Part shown: piece by piece, positions 1-12,121 of the stretch
Numbering within the stretch: the first letter of the stretch is position 1
Layout of the letters: every line of letters starts with the position of its first letter
Origin: Octopus sinensis
Taxonomy: Eukaryota
Assembly: GCF_006345805.1 (NCBI RefSeq)
Contig: NC_042998.1
Span: 24,366,001 to 24,430,000 of the forward strand
DNA: 64,000 bases
Reading direction: 5' to 3'
Made by a program: the position numbers and the translations under genes
The notes under the pieces: model-generated
What the model was told of the DNA's origin: nothing
The model's database searches: none
The model's input: only the letters and a program-made list of their open reading frames with translations

Positions 1-300
1 ATGAAGAAGTGGAGGGGATGAAGTGGAGGAGGAAGAGGAGGAGGGGATGAAGTGGAGGAGGAAGTGGAGGGGATGAGGAGGGGATGGAGAGTAGGAAGAG
101 GAAGAAGTGGAGGGGGAAGAGGAGAGGAGATGAAGTGGAGGAGGAAGAGGAGGGGATGAAGTGGAGGAGGAAGAGGAGGGGATGAAGGGGAAGTGGAGGG
201 GAGGAAGGGGAGTGGAGGGGAGGGGATGAAGGGGAGGAGGAAGAAGAAGAAGAGGAGGGGATGAAGAGGAAGTGGAGGAAGAGGAGGAGGAAAAGGAGAG
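1..300 (+). repeat. GGA/GAA polypurine low-complexity tract
   Basis: Degenerate GGAGGAAGAGGAGGGGATGAAGT units, almost purely purine on the + strand. Confidence 0.9.
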
Positions 301-994
301 TAATAATGATGATGATGATAATGGTGTCTCTTCCTTCTGTTGCTCACCACAAAAACAGGAAGCAAAAACGAGCTCTGACTGATTTTAAGTCAAGTACCAA
401 GAGAAAGCAGGAGAATGTCCTTTTATCAGAGGTGCATCGCAACTGCAACAGTAACAGCAAACTTAAGTTAAGTGTGTCTTGATCCTATCCAGCCTTTAGG
501 CTGAAGCTTATTCTGAAAGTACTTCCAGGATTACAGTGTCAATTCTCATATCTTCAGGGCCTCGGACTGTCTTTCTATGTTTGCACTTCTCTGCTATATT
601 TCAGCATTTAGCTTCAAAAGTTAATCTTTCTTTGTAAGCTTTCCTCACTTTCCTCTCTCTCTCTGCCAAAATCCTGAAACTTTTAAGCATATTGACAAAC
701 TGAATTCCAATTTTAAGTGTTTCTTGAAATGCTGCTGAAGATTTTTCTAATCTCTTTCACAAGAACTGTTCACAGTAAGACAGTGGTTTCTAAATTGCTG
801 AGTAGTTCCACGCATGAGATGGATCTTCGACAACAGAAATGGTATTTTTTTAAGTGGCTGAGAATACAAAACCAGCTTTTGAATCAATGTCAGTCTGCTA
901 TAAATCTAACCCCAGCCCCTGCCACCATCTGTAACTGGTATCCATTTCCAGCCAAATGAAAAGAAGCGTTGTGAAATGAAATACATTGTTCAAA

Positions 995-1165
995 GGCGCA
1001 GGAGTGGCTGTGTGGTAAGTAGCTTGCTAACTAACCACATGGTTCCGGGTTCAGTCCCACTGCGTGGCATCTTGGGCAAGTGTCTTCTGCTATAGCCCTG
1101 GGCCGACCAATGCCTTGTGAGTGGATTTGGTAGACGGAAACTGAAAGAAGCCTGTCGTATATATG

Positions 1166-1200
<35 letters not shown>

Positions 1201-1412
1201 TTGTGTGTCTGTGTTTGTCCCCCCAGCATTGCTTGACAACCGATGCTGGTGTGTTTACGTCCCCGTCACTTAGCGGTTCAGCAAAAGAGACCGATAGAAT
1301 AAGTACTGGGCTTACAAAAAGAATAAGTCCCGGGGTCGATTTGCTTGACTAAAGGTGGTGCTCCAGTATGGCCGCAGTCAAATGACTGAAACAAGTAAAA
1401 GAGTAAAAGAGT
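995..1412 (+). mobile_element. Major tRNA-headed SINE (family S1), full length
   Basis: Head GGCGCAGGAGTGGCTGTGTGGTAAG with A box and B box GGTTCAGTCCC, central TA/TG microsatellite, tail (GAGTAAAA)n; near-identical copies recur across the window. Confidence 0.9.
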
Positions 1413-1475
1413 AAAGTCACTACACACCAGCCAGTTCAAGAATTGAACGGATAAGCAAATAATAGTGAAGCCAAT

Positions 1476-1640
1476 GAGGAATTATGTACATTATTTACAT
1501 TATTTACGTTTGATGGATATTTGTCCTCACCTTGTTTGTTGTTAACACATTTCAACTGATATATCCTCCAGCCTTCTTCAGGTGTCTTGGGGAAATTTCG
1601 AACCTGGGTTCTCATTCCCAAGGTATTTTTCGATGTTATT
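1476..1640 (-). mobile_element. 3' half of HHR-bearing SINE (family H1) with decayed hammerhead at 1544-1586
   Basis: Reverse complement reads GACAC CTGAAGA AGGCTG GAGGATATAT CAGTT GAAA TGTGTT; homologous to 2450-2627; helix III bases lost. Confidence 0.75.
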
Positions 1641-1665
1641 ATTATTATCATTATTATTATTATTA

Positions 1666-1699
<34 letters not shown>

Positions 1700-1711
1700 C
1701 ATTATTATTAT

Positions 1712-2267
1712 TGAGTGAGCGAGCAGAGCATGCCATCAAAGTGACACTGGGGTAAAATATACGAAGCCCAGTATACCCATCATGACTACCCGTCTGATAA
1801 GGGTACACCAGGCACATGCATCACAACCATATGTGCGCGACATGGTGATCTCATATCAAGATAAACAGCACATGACCTTGCAGGTGGAGCCCAGTTAGAA
1901 TTTTCTTCAGATCGAGTAACCCATCCCGCTCAAAAGGTCCCTGAATAAGGGTTGTTTAAGGACGTTGAACGAAACACCCATGTTTTTCAGAGGTGAATTA
2001 TTCAAACCCAAAAGAATCCTTCTCAACACATGGCTATGATGCTCTCCCACTACTTCTGCTCGTGATCAGAGATGCACATATCGTCAGCCACTAAGGGACA
2101 TGCTCAACTGGTTAAGGTCAAACAACTGACAAGCAAATCTGTGGTATTGAGCAGAATATTTGCTGTAGCCCATCTTTTATACCAAGACAAAACAATGTAC
2201 ATGATAACACTTCCAATCAGTTAAGATCAGAAGCCATGAGAGCCACTGCCTGGTACTGCATCAGGGC

Positions 2268-2269
<2 letters not shown>
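1712..2269 (-). mobile_element. Non-coding element bounded by (TAA)n on both sides (family D)
   Basis: Homologous to 53578-54105 (+); starts ATGCCCTGATGCAG and ends CTCTCACTCAA; no long ORF seen. Confidence 0.8.
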
Positions 2270-2302
<33 letters not shown>

Positions 2303-2303
<1 letters not shown>

Positions 2304-2400
2304 GCCTGTGGGCATATGGCGTAGTGGTTAAGAGTGCAGGCTACTAACCCCAAGATTCTGAGTTTGATTCCAGGCAGTGACCTGAATAATAATAATAATG

Positions 2401-2448
<48 letters not shown>

Positions 2449-2627
2449 GCATCAAAAAATACCTTAGGAATGAGAACCCAGGTTCAAAATTTCCCCAAGA
2501 CACCTGATGAAGGCTGGAGGGAATATCAGCTGAAAAGTTGTGTTAACAGCAAACAAGATCACAACAAATATCTGTAAAATGTAAATAATGTACATAATTC
2601 CTCATCTCTTAAAATGTAGAACTGTAT
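2303..2627 (+). mobile_element. tRNA-headed SINE with 3' hammerhead motif (family H1), complete copy
   Basis: A box TGGCGTAGTGG 2317-2327, B-box-like GAGTTTGATTCC 2360-2371, (AAT)n, linker, HHR 2499-2544, AT-rich tail. Confidence 0.8.
2499..2544 (+). ncRNA. Minimal type-I hammerhead ribozyme motif (H1), helix III mutated
   Basis: GACAC CTGATGA A GGCTG GAGGGAATAT CAGCT GAA AAGT T GTGTT; stem I GACAC/GTGTT; helix III AAGT instead of palindromic ACGT. Confidence 0.7.
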
Positions 2628-3882
2628 TCTGAATATTTTCCCCATTTTCTCTCCTTTTGCACCTGGAGTAGCCATGTATCTCCTCTGCTGCAAGATATCT
2701 GTCTCTATCCTTTTTACATACTTTAACTTCTCATTAGCTGACATAAAGCCATATCTCTCAAATCTACAACCGTCCTCACTCGAGGGATCTTGTCTTGTGA
2801 GTTATTACATGGAAACCTTACCAGAGTTACATAGAAACCTACCACATTCTTGTGAAGTGGTTGGCATTAGGAACGGTATCCAACCATAGAAACCATGCCA
2901 AAGGAGATGTTGGAGCTCGGTGATGTCCTCTGGTTCACTGGTTCCATGCAAGCATGGAAAATGGATAGTGAATGATGATGAAGATGAGTTTGTTCTTTTG
3001 TTCCTTCTCGAGCCATCCCTGGCTCATAAGGGCCAGTTTCCTGGTTTCCTTGGCGTATAAGTTCCCCATCTGGACAGGACACTGGTCCATCACAGGTGAG
3101 CTGCATGATGCAGGAGGAAAGAGTAAGAGAAAGTTGTGGCGAAAGAGTCAGCAGAAGTTCACCATTACCTTTTGCCAGAGCCGCATGGAGCTTAGGTGTT
3201 TCGCTCATAAACACACACACATCACCCAGTCTGAGATTGGAACCCACGATCCCTCAACCGCGAGTCCGCTGCTCTAACCACTAGACCATGTGCCTCCACT
3301 ACGAAGATGATGGTGATGGTGATGATGATGATGATGATGAAGATGATGACGATGATGATGATGATTATTTTTAAACAGCAATTGTAATCATTCAAAACAA
3401 AATAATATTTCAGAGAATCAAATTATTGTTTTGGAAAACATAAAAAAGGTTTATAAATAATAGTTTAGTTTATATTCTCATCTCTTTGTACATACCTATA
3501 AACATGAAATTAAAATTATACAAGCATGGTACATATAAAATTGTATTATTCTGTTATTTTAAATTCATTTCATAAAATTACTTGTATATAAATCAATCAT
3601 TTTTTAAAAAATGATTGTTGAAATTCAAACTTGTAATTGGATTTTGAACATGGTTGAATTTGGTCCTGTCATAAAATTTTAAATGGTAATGGTTAAATGC
3701 AAAATTTATATCCAGGTATTTATGTCAATGTGGATATGTTTCGTATGGTTTTCTCAATTATTTAGCAATCACAGTCTTGCAGCGAACAGTTCTTGAGAAA
3801 CAGATTGGAAAAATCTACAGAAGAATTTCAAGAAATACTTATAATGAAATTCAGTCAAACGAATATATAAGTGTGCATGTGA

Positions 3883-3925
<43 letters not shown>

Positions 3926-3998
3926 CATACATACATACATACATACATACATACATACATACATACATACATACATACATACATACATACATTAGAAT

Positions 3999-4029
<31 letters not shown>

Positions 4030-4254
4030 AGGACTAAGTGATTATATAAAAGGAGTGGCTTTTGAAACAGACTATTAAATAGCAGACAAGTGCAAATGTA
4101 GAAACAAAAATGTGATATCTAATAGATACAAGAAGAGTTTTGGCAATATATGTATATTTACACACACACACACACATATGCATATACAAAGAAAAATCAT
4201 TAAATAGTGCAATTCAGTAGCATTGCTTCCCAGGAAAACAAAGCACCATCAGAT

Positions 4255-4340
4255 TGTCCTTTATTTTCGGCCGAAAAGAGGTTGTCACAGTTCTAGGAGA
4301 GCACTCTTCACCCTATGAGATGACATCTGGTGTACCACAC
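4255..4340 (+). mobile_element. Small CR1-like reverse transcriptase fragment
   Basis: Translates SFIFGRKEVVTVLGEHSSPYEMTSGVP, nearly the same as SFILSRKEVVTVLGQHSTPYEMSSGVP in the LINE at 44837-45205. Confidence 0.8.
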
Positions 4341-4763
4341 GTAATTTGGAAAGTTCAAAACCCAGGTCTTAGATTATCCACATCTGGGTTGTACATTGTT
4401 CTTCCTACAGGTAAGATGGAAATTTTTTTATGTTTGCCACCCACAAACATCTTTGCCAGTATATATATATATAGTGAAGCTTTATTATAATGTCGTATAT
4501 TATTGGACTGCTATTTCCAGTAAATATTGGTCCATTTGTTGTATCACTATTCTATATTTATATGCATATATGTATATGTATATATATGTATGTATATATA
4601 TATATAATATATATATATATATATTATATATTAATGTATAATATTATATAAGCACATATACAAGCAGAAGAAAATGAAGGGGACAATAGGTGGTATTCAT
4701 CAACTTTTAGACATTATATTATCCTATGTCAATTTATTTATTAATATATATACATATATATAT

Positions 4764-5097
4764 AAAATCAAAATAAGCAACAAGAATTCCAGAGGTAATG
4801 CAGTACGATCGATTCATGCAACTCCATTTAATTGAACAATGCAATCATTACATCAGTTTAAAATGGAGAGCAATATTCAGCTGCACAAAGACTAGAATTA
4901 ACTTCTTGGAGATTTTAGGTATAATTATACTAATGTGTCCATCTGTTCTAATTTAATTAAATTCTATGTCTTTGGGCAGCTGAGGATTGCTCTGCATTTT
5001 AAACTGATGTAATGATTGCATTGTTCAATTAAATGGAGTTGCATGAAACGATCGTACTGCATTACCTTTGGATATCCTTGTTGTTTATTTTGATTTT
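4764..5097. mobile_element. Foldback/MITE-like element with ~130-bp inverted arms
   Basis: Left arm AAAATCAAAATAAGCAACAAG...GGTAATGCAGTACGATCG is the reverse complement of the right arm with few mismatches. Confidence 0.85.
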
Positions 5098-5175
5098 AAT
5101 CACCTTACTTTGAAATTGTATGGATAATACCGTACTAAATTCTGGTGTCTCAACTTAAGTATCATATTCATCTGA

Positions 5176-5248
<73 letters not shown>

Positions 5249-5439
5249 CTTTTCTGTTCGTCAGACAGTTTAGATTCTCAATCTAAACAGTCCAGCAAAT
5301 GGGGATGTGAAACTCTGAGTAACAGTTTCTTGTGAAATTTCTGTGATGATTTTGCAGTTTTAATAATAATAAAGCATATTACTCTACCTCCAGTATTTGA
5401 GTACTGTTTTTCCTCACCTTGTTTCACATTTATATGCTT

Positions 5440-5680
5440 ACTCTGGTATATATATATAATATGACCTTGTGACCTCGTGTGTACCGTTGGCGATTTTTTT
5501 CCTCTGTCTTCCCTTCTCTGGTTCTTTCCTTCTCCTATGTTTCCAACGAAGAGCTCCGCTCGAAACGTTAAACACTCCTTCTTTCCTTCTTTCTTGAGTG
5601 TCCAATAATACTATATTTGTTCCACATCCTCGCGTTGTTGTGTTTTTTTGTGCTTTCTTGTTTGGATTAACTTTATATAT
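5440..5680 (+). mobile_element. Penelope-type LTR-like repeat (family H2) with decayed HHR at 5538-5574
   Basis: TGTTT CCAACGA A GAGC TCC GCTC GAA ACGT T AAACA; homologous copies near 28330-28520, 43450-43680 and 56090-56290 (all -). Confidence 0.65.
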
Positions 5681-6002
5681 ATACATATGTGTATTATTTT
5701 ATTCTTTTATTCTTTTATTTGTTTCAGTCATTTGATTGTGGCCATGCTGGAGCATCGCCTTTAGTCAAGTAACTCGACCCCAGGACTTATTCTTTGTAAG
5801 CCTAGTACTTATTCTATTGGTCTCTTTTGCTGAACTGCTAAGTTACATGAACGTAAGCACACCAGCATTTGTTGTCAAGCAATGTTGAGTGGGGACAAAC
5901 ACAGACACACAAACACACAAAAAACCACACACCATAGATACATACACACACAGACACACACATATATATATATATATATAGATATATATATTTGTGTGTG
6001 TG

Positions 6003-6308
6003 GAGGTTGCAATGGCCCAGTGGTTAGGGCAGCAGGACTCACGGTCATATAGGATCGCGGTTTCGAATCCCATACCGGGCGTTGTGAGTGTTTATTGAGC
6101 GAAAACACCTAAACTCCATGGGGCTCCGGCAGGGGTGGTGGCGATCCTGCTGTACTCTTTCGCCGCAACTTTCTCCCACTCTTTCTTCTGTTGGCCTGCT
6201 CGCTTAGCCAGTGGGGTGGCGTCATTTGAAGGCTAAAACAATGTGAAGCGCATTGTGACCAGTGATGTGTAGCAACATCTGATAGCCTGGTCGGTCACAG
6301 TGACGGTG
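6003..6308 (+). mobile_element. tRNA-headed SINE (family S3)
   Basis: Head TGGCCCAGTGGTTAGGGCAGC...GGTTTCGAATCCC; related heads at 40700-40915 (-) and 54145-54450 (+). Confidence 0.75.
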
Positions 6309-6559
6309 ATATATATATATATATATATGATGGGCTTCTTCCAGTTTCCGTCTACCAAATCCACTCACAAGGCTATTGTAGAAAACACTTGCCCAAGGTG
6401 CCACACAGTGGGACTGAACCCGGAACCATGTGGTTGGTAAGCAAACTACATCCAATACAGCCACTCCTGTGCCTATCTCATGCTTATACATGCATGTGTA
6501 TGTATATGCTTATGTATATATGTATGTGCGTGTGTGTATATATATATATATCTGCTGAG

Positions 6560-6900
6560 ACCCCCCCCCCCTTCGGTCACGACTGACCATGGGATTGCAT
6601 CTAGAAAGGTACCCTTCGAGGCACAAATCTGGGTGAAGTTGTTTATGGAAGACCAGCAGTCGCCCAAGCATACCGGCATCCCCTCTCCATGCTACCAGTG
6701 TTATCCAAGGGAAAGGCAAATGCTGATACAGCTTGGCACCTGAGACGTCGCAACTCATTTCTACAGCTGAGTGAACTGGAGCAATGTGAAATAAAGTATC
6801 TTACTAAAAAAAACAACACACAGCCCGGTCCAGGATTTGAACTCACATCCTCACGATCATAAGCTCGTCGATGCTCTAACCACTGAGCTATGTGCCTTCA
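6560..6900 (-). mobile_element. tRNA-headed SINE (family S4)
   Basis: Head on the minus strand at 6830-6900 (GCTCAGTGGTTAGAGC...GAGTTCAAATCC); homologous to 49925-50250. Confidence 0.7.
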
Positions 6901-6945
6901 ATATATATATATATTATATGCATATATATATATATATTATATATA

Positions 6946-7000
<55 letters not shown>

Positions 7001-7253
7001 TTGAAGTAGATAAATGAATTATCTTATTACGGATAATTCAAATGATAACCGATACCTGGGTAGCAAAAATCACAACAGAAAAAGCACAGTTGAGGTTACG
7101 ACCATGGGGCCTAAAGAGAAGGCGCCAAATGGACTCCTTATTCAATCCGAATTAGGGACTTTGCAGCCTTTGAAACATATGTAGAAATAATAAAAGGGAA
7201 TTTTGTTAAATCTTCGTTCAGCTCCATTTCTTCCTACACTAAATTATATATAT

Positions 7254-7293
<40 letters not shown>

Positions 7294-7340
7294 CATATAT
7301 ATATATGCTTATATATATATGCATATATATATATATATGC

Positions 7341-7393
<53 letters not shown>

Positions 7394-8339
7394 TATATAT
7401 ATATATATATGCTATCTATATATATATATATAAATAATATAATACACACATACATATAAAATATATATATATGACATTGATGATGATATACACATGAACA
7501 CATATTTACATACACACAGTCACACACCCAACACATGCACACACACACACACACATGCTTGAACACATGAGAAAGACACAAATTTATTTCCATCATCAAT
7601 AAGCAAGCTAAGCTGCCAATGCAATTTCAAATTATATTTATATATACATATACATATACATATATATACATACATATACATACATATATAATATATATAT
7701 ATATATATATGTCTGTACATCTGTATGTGTGTAAATACGTATGGGTTTGTATATATGTATGTGGGCGTGGTAGGGGAGGCATAAATGTGTCGGTGTGTTT
7801 GAATATCCATGTACGCATGTTTGTGTATACATTCATGTTATTGAAATAACTCACTTTGAAAATCAATAGCACCTACTTCTGTTACTATGGAAATTAATAG
7901 TACAAAGTAAGGTTACAATAAAAATCAATAACTGATAGCAAGTGATTTTTGTAATAATCTTAGTGTGTCAGAAGGGCAGGATGGAAGTTCAATAAACAAC
8001 ACACCACGTTTCGTTCGTTATTTCTTTCTTTCTTTTTCTTTTTTTTTCTTTTTTTTTTTCAAATTTTCAAAAATGAGTTCAAGACTTTGTCAAAGTTCGT
8101 ATGACCTTTCATTTATTTCGAGTCCATAAAAGTAAGTGTCTATAATAGCTTGAGGAACTAATCATCACTGACCCCAAGCCCTGCGCAATCTTGCCTCTGC
8201 GAGCCGTTCTCACAATGCTACGACTGCCACCATCCGCTGTCTCAAACCGACCTCTTCAGCTAGCCATCGTCATCGTTATCATTGCCACCTCTTTACTGAC
8301 TGAGATGAACTAAAATAGACACTAACGTATTAGCAGTGA

Positions 8340-8502
8340 GTTATTATATAAATATATATATATATATGTATGTATGAGTGCATGTATGTATATATATATA
8401 TATGTTTATATATTTACATATATATTATGTATATATATATATTTATATATATACATATATATATTATATAATAAATATATACATGTATATATATTTATGT
8501 AT

Positions 8503-8533
<31 letters not shown>

Positions 8534-8671
8534 CTATATATATATATATATATATGTATGTATATATGTATATATATGTACACACACACACATACATATA
8601 TATATGCACATATATGCACATACATATTCATAAATATATATATACATAGTGAATATCTATAAATATGTCTG

Positions 8672-8703
<32 letters not shown>

Positions 8704-8761
8704 CATATACATATGTATATATATACATATATAATCTACATATATATACATATATGTATAC

Positions 8762-8809
<48 letters not shown>

Positions 8810-8880
8810 TATATATATATATACATACACACACACACATATATATATACATATATATCTTGAAGTCTAAGTGTGTGTGT
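8340..8880. repeat. Long (TA)n/(CA)n compound microsatellite
   Basis: Direct reading; similar tracts at 6900-7000, 7245-7750, 21810-22250, 32000-32600, 33630-33830, 35200-36200, 61250-61740. Confidence 0.95.
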
Positions 8881-9029
8881 GCATGTCCATAAAAGTAAGT
8901 GTCTACAATAGCTCAAGTGTCTATTATATGCATTGCTTCATTTGCTTGCTTGGCCAAAATGTCTGGCGTCAGAGAAGGAGAACTTAAATAATTTATTTGG
9001 GTGTTTGAAATTACGGCAAAACCTCAAAA

Positions 9030-9260
9030 TGATGGCCTCCGACACATAAGTATTTTTGACTCTATTGAATTCATGAACTTTGAACACGCTTTTGCTTATC
9101 TGTATTGATGTTTTCACAAATCGCTATGATTGCCTCCTTTAGTGTGTCAATAGTTCCAGGTTGCATTCATAAAAACTACTTAAATTGTGGTGACCCTACA
9201 GGAACAAAAGGAGCAGGGTCACGTGTTGAAACCTAGGTACCCATTTAATTGCACCTTGTC
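9030..9260 (-). mobile_element. Decayed Tc1/mariner transposase C-terminus
   Basis: Minus strand reads GAIKWVPRFQHVTLLLLFL*GH...PGTIDTLKEAIIAICENINTDKQKRV...GGHHFE, matching the WPPRSPDLxPxDFFLWG...TIxxLKxAI...GxHFE pattern; stops and frameshift present. Confidence 0.7.
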
Positions 9261-9419
9261 CCCAAAATTAACCTTCTTGGAAAGGTTTCCTTTTAGCAAT
9301 TTCTCAAATTAATAGAAAAATGTGTTGAAGTGTTTTCTTGAAGAAAATAATTTCAGATATGAAAAACGATTGTGACCTGTGGATCTATGTTTCTCTTGTT
9401 ATATTATTTATCGATAAAG

Positions 9420-10232
9420 GGCAGCAAGCTGGCAGAATCGTTAGCACACTGGGCGAAATGCTAAGCAGTATTTCATCTGCCATTATGTTCTGAGTTCAAA
9501 TTCCACCAAGGTCAGCTTTGCCTTTCATCCTTTTGGTATCGATTAAAATAAATACCAGTTATGCACTGGGGTTGATAAAAAACAACTTAATCCATTTGTC
9601 TCTCCTTGTTTGACCTCTCTATGTTTGGCCTCTTGTGGGTAGTAAAGAAATAGGTATTTCATCTGCCATTACGTTCTGAGTTCAAATTCCACCAAGGTCA
9701 GCTTTGCCTCTCATCCTTTTGGTATCGATTAAAATAAGTACCAGTTATGCACTGGGGTCGATGTAATCGACTTAATCCATTTGTCTGTCCTTGTTTGTAC
9801 CCTCTGTGTTTAGCCCATTGTGGGTAGTAAAGAAATAGGTATTTCATCTGCCATTACGTTCTAGGTTCAAATTCCGCCGAGGTTGACTTTGCCTCTCATC
9901 CTTTCGGCATCGATTAAATAAGTACTTGTTATGCACTGGGGCTGATGTAATCGACTTAATCCCTTTGTCTGTCCTTGTTTGTCCCCTCAAACTTGTTGCC
10001 CCTTGTTGGCAATAAAGAAATAAGAAAAATCGCATGCTGGGTGAAATGCTTAGCGGTATTTCGTCTGCTGTTATGTTCTGAATTCAAATTCTGCCAAAGT
10101 CAACTTTGCCTTTCATCCTTTCGGCATCAATTAAATAAGTACCAGTTACGTACTGGGGTCGATGTAATCGACTTAATCCGTTTGTCTGTCCTTGTTTGTC
10201 CCTCAATGTTTAGCCTCCTGTGGGCAATAAAG
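9420..10232 (+). mobile_element. Head-to-tail array of four tRNA-headed SINE S2 units
   Basis: TATTTCRTCTG...GTTCAAATTCC units begin at 9469, 9655, 9840 and 10057. Confidence 0.85.
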
Positions 10233-11009
10233 GAATATATATTATCTTTTATCTTTTACTTGTTTCAGTCATTACACTGTGAGCATGCTGGGACACTGCC
10301 TTAAGTGAATCAACCCTTGTACTTTCTGTTTGAGACTGGTACTTATTCTATCAGTGTCTTTTGTGAAACCACTGAGTTATGAGGATGTAAACACACCATC
10401 ACCGGTTGTCAAGACACAAAAACACACACACATGTGTGCATGATGAACTTCCTTCAGTTTGTGTCTACCAAACTTGCTCACAAGGCTTTTTCAGTTCGAG
10501 GAAATTGTAGAAGGAGACACTTCCCCAAGGTGCCATGCAGTGGGTCTGAACCTAGAACCATGTGTTTGGGAAGCAAGTTTCTTACTACACATCCACACCT
10601 GCTCCTAGTTTAAAAGAAAATGGAATTATTAAAACATAAACAGAATAGGCACAGATGTGGCTGTGCAGTCAAGAAATTTGTTTTCTGGCCACATGGTTAC
10701 CCCATTCAGTCCTACAGTGTGGCACCTTGGGTAAGTACCTTCTTTAACAATCCTGGGCCAACCAAAACCTTAAGCCTTGTGAATGGATTTGGTAGAAGGA
10801 TACTGAAAGAGACCCATCATATATGTGTGTGTATAAGTGCAAGTGTGTATGTGAATGTGTATGTGTGAGTGTGTGTGTGTGAGTGCATGTGAATGTGTGT
10901 GTGTGTTTGTGTGTGCACGCATGCGCGTGTGTGTGTGTTTGTGTCTCCTTGCTTTGACAGCATGTAATAGCTGTAAATGATTGTCACTGTTACACAAGCA
11001 GTGTTATTT

Positions 11010-11600
11010 CCAAATACATACACTTTTGGAGATATGCTGTGCTTGAGAAGACCCGGCAAGCCAAGTGAGACCATAACTGTGGCCTATGCCAGTGCAGCAT
11101 AACCAGCCCATTTAAGAGTACCCTTCAATCATTGGGCAATAAACTGTGCTTGTGAAGACCTGTTGAGTCAAGTGAAGTCATTGTTGTGACTGATGACAGT
11201 ACCGCCTGATTGGCATCTGTGTCAGTGGCCCATAAAAAGCACCATTCAAGCATGGTCGATGCCAGTGCTGGCTGATTGGTCTTATGTCGTTGGCATGTAA
11301 AAGGCAACATTCGAGTGTGGTCCTTGCCAGTGCCGCCTGACTGGCTCCTGTGCCAGTGGCGTGTAAAAAGCTCCATTCAAATATAGTCAATGCTAGCGCC
11401 CTCTGACTGACCCGGTTACATGTAAAAAGCACCTACTACATTCTCAGAGTGGTTGGCATTAGGAAGGGCATCCAGCTGTAGAAACTCTGCCAGATAAGAT
11501 TGGGGCTCAGTGCAGCTTTCTGGCTTGCCAGCTCTCAGTCAATCTGTCCAACTCATGTGAACATGGAAAATGAATGTTAAATGACAACGATGATTATGAT
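11010..11600 (+). mobile_element. RTE-tailed SINE-like element (family R) with internal repeats
   Basis: 3' motif GGTTGGCATTAGGAAGGGCATCCAGCTGTAGAAA and (GAT)n tail; other copies at 16890-17280, 24740-25075, 38715-39075, 41420-41910, 50470-50630, 52840-53220, 56450-56760, 57320-57470, 57850-58125, 59455-59790. Confidence 0.75.
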
Positions 11601-12121
11601 AATGACTGCAAAAATATGTCTGGCCATGAGAAAATATTACCTTGCTTCAATACAGGAGAGTGGGCAACAGGATGGGTAGTTGACCATAGAAAATCTGCCT
11701 CAATAACTCAGTCTGACCCATGCAAGCATGGAAAGAAATAGACAGTAAACCTATGATGCTAATGATGATGAAAAAAGGATGGAAGTGGGAGATAAAAGAG
11801 GTTGCAGACAATGCTGTTGGACAGGTAAAATGTAAAGAGATTTTAGGTATGTGTTGAGTGAGGGTGGATTAAAACTTATAGTGGTCCTAAGCACTTAAAA
11901 AATATATATATATAGCAATAATAAATTTCTGAATGAGATGTAAACAGTAACCACTCGACAACGTAAAGTATACTAGCCATCTCAATATGGCTAACCACTA
12001 AGGGTGGGTGTTACTGTAGCTTTCAGCCCCAGGAGATCATCGTCTCCAGCTGGCTTTAGGCACACTTTCTGTGCCCTTATGATATTTGCAAAGGGAGGTC
12101 ATCCCTCTCTCGTAAACCTAA

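Noticed and set aside
320-960. Complex sequence with ORFs 261-482 and 717-959
   Set aside because: Multiple stops in the most protein-like (minus) frame; probably a decayed TE-derived region that I cannot assign
5265-5318. Possible 54-nt symmetric plus-strand exon (SLDSQSKQSSKWGCETL)
   Set aside because: Weak donor (GA|GTAACA) and no partner exons identified
7140-7200. GAA-ACATATGT-A-GAAATAA palindromic helix-III-like motif
   Set aside because: No recognisable CUGANGA-type core upstream; at best a dead HHR, so not counted
8118-8925. 28-bp direct repeat GTCCATAAAAGTAAGTGTCTA(T/C)AATAGCT at ~8124 and ~8885
   Set aside because: Most likely two ends or fragments of neighbouring DNA-transposon remnants; no further structure supported
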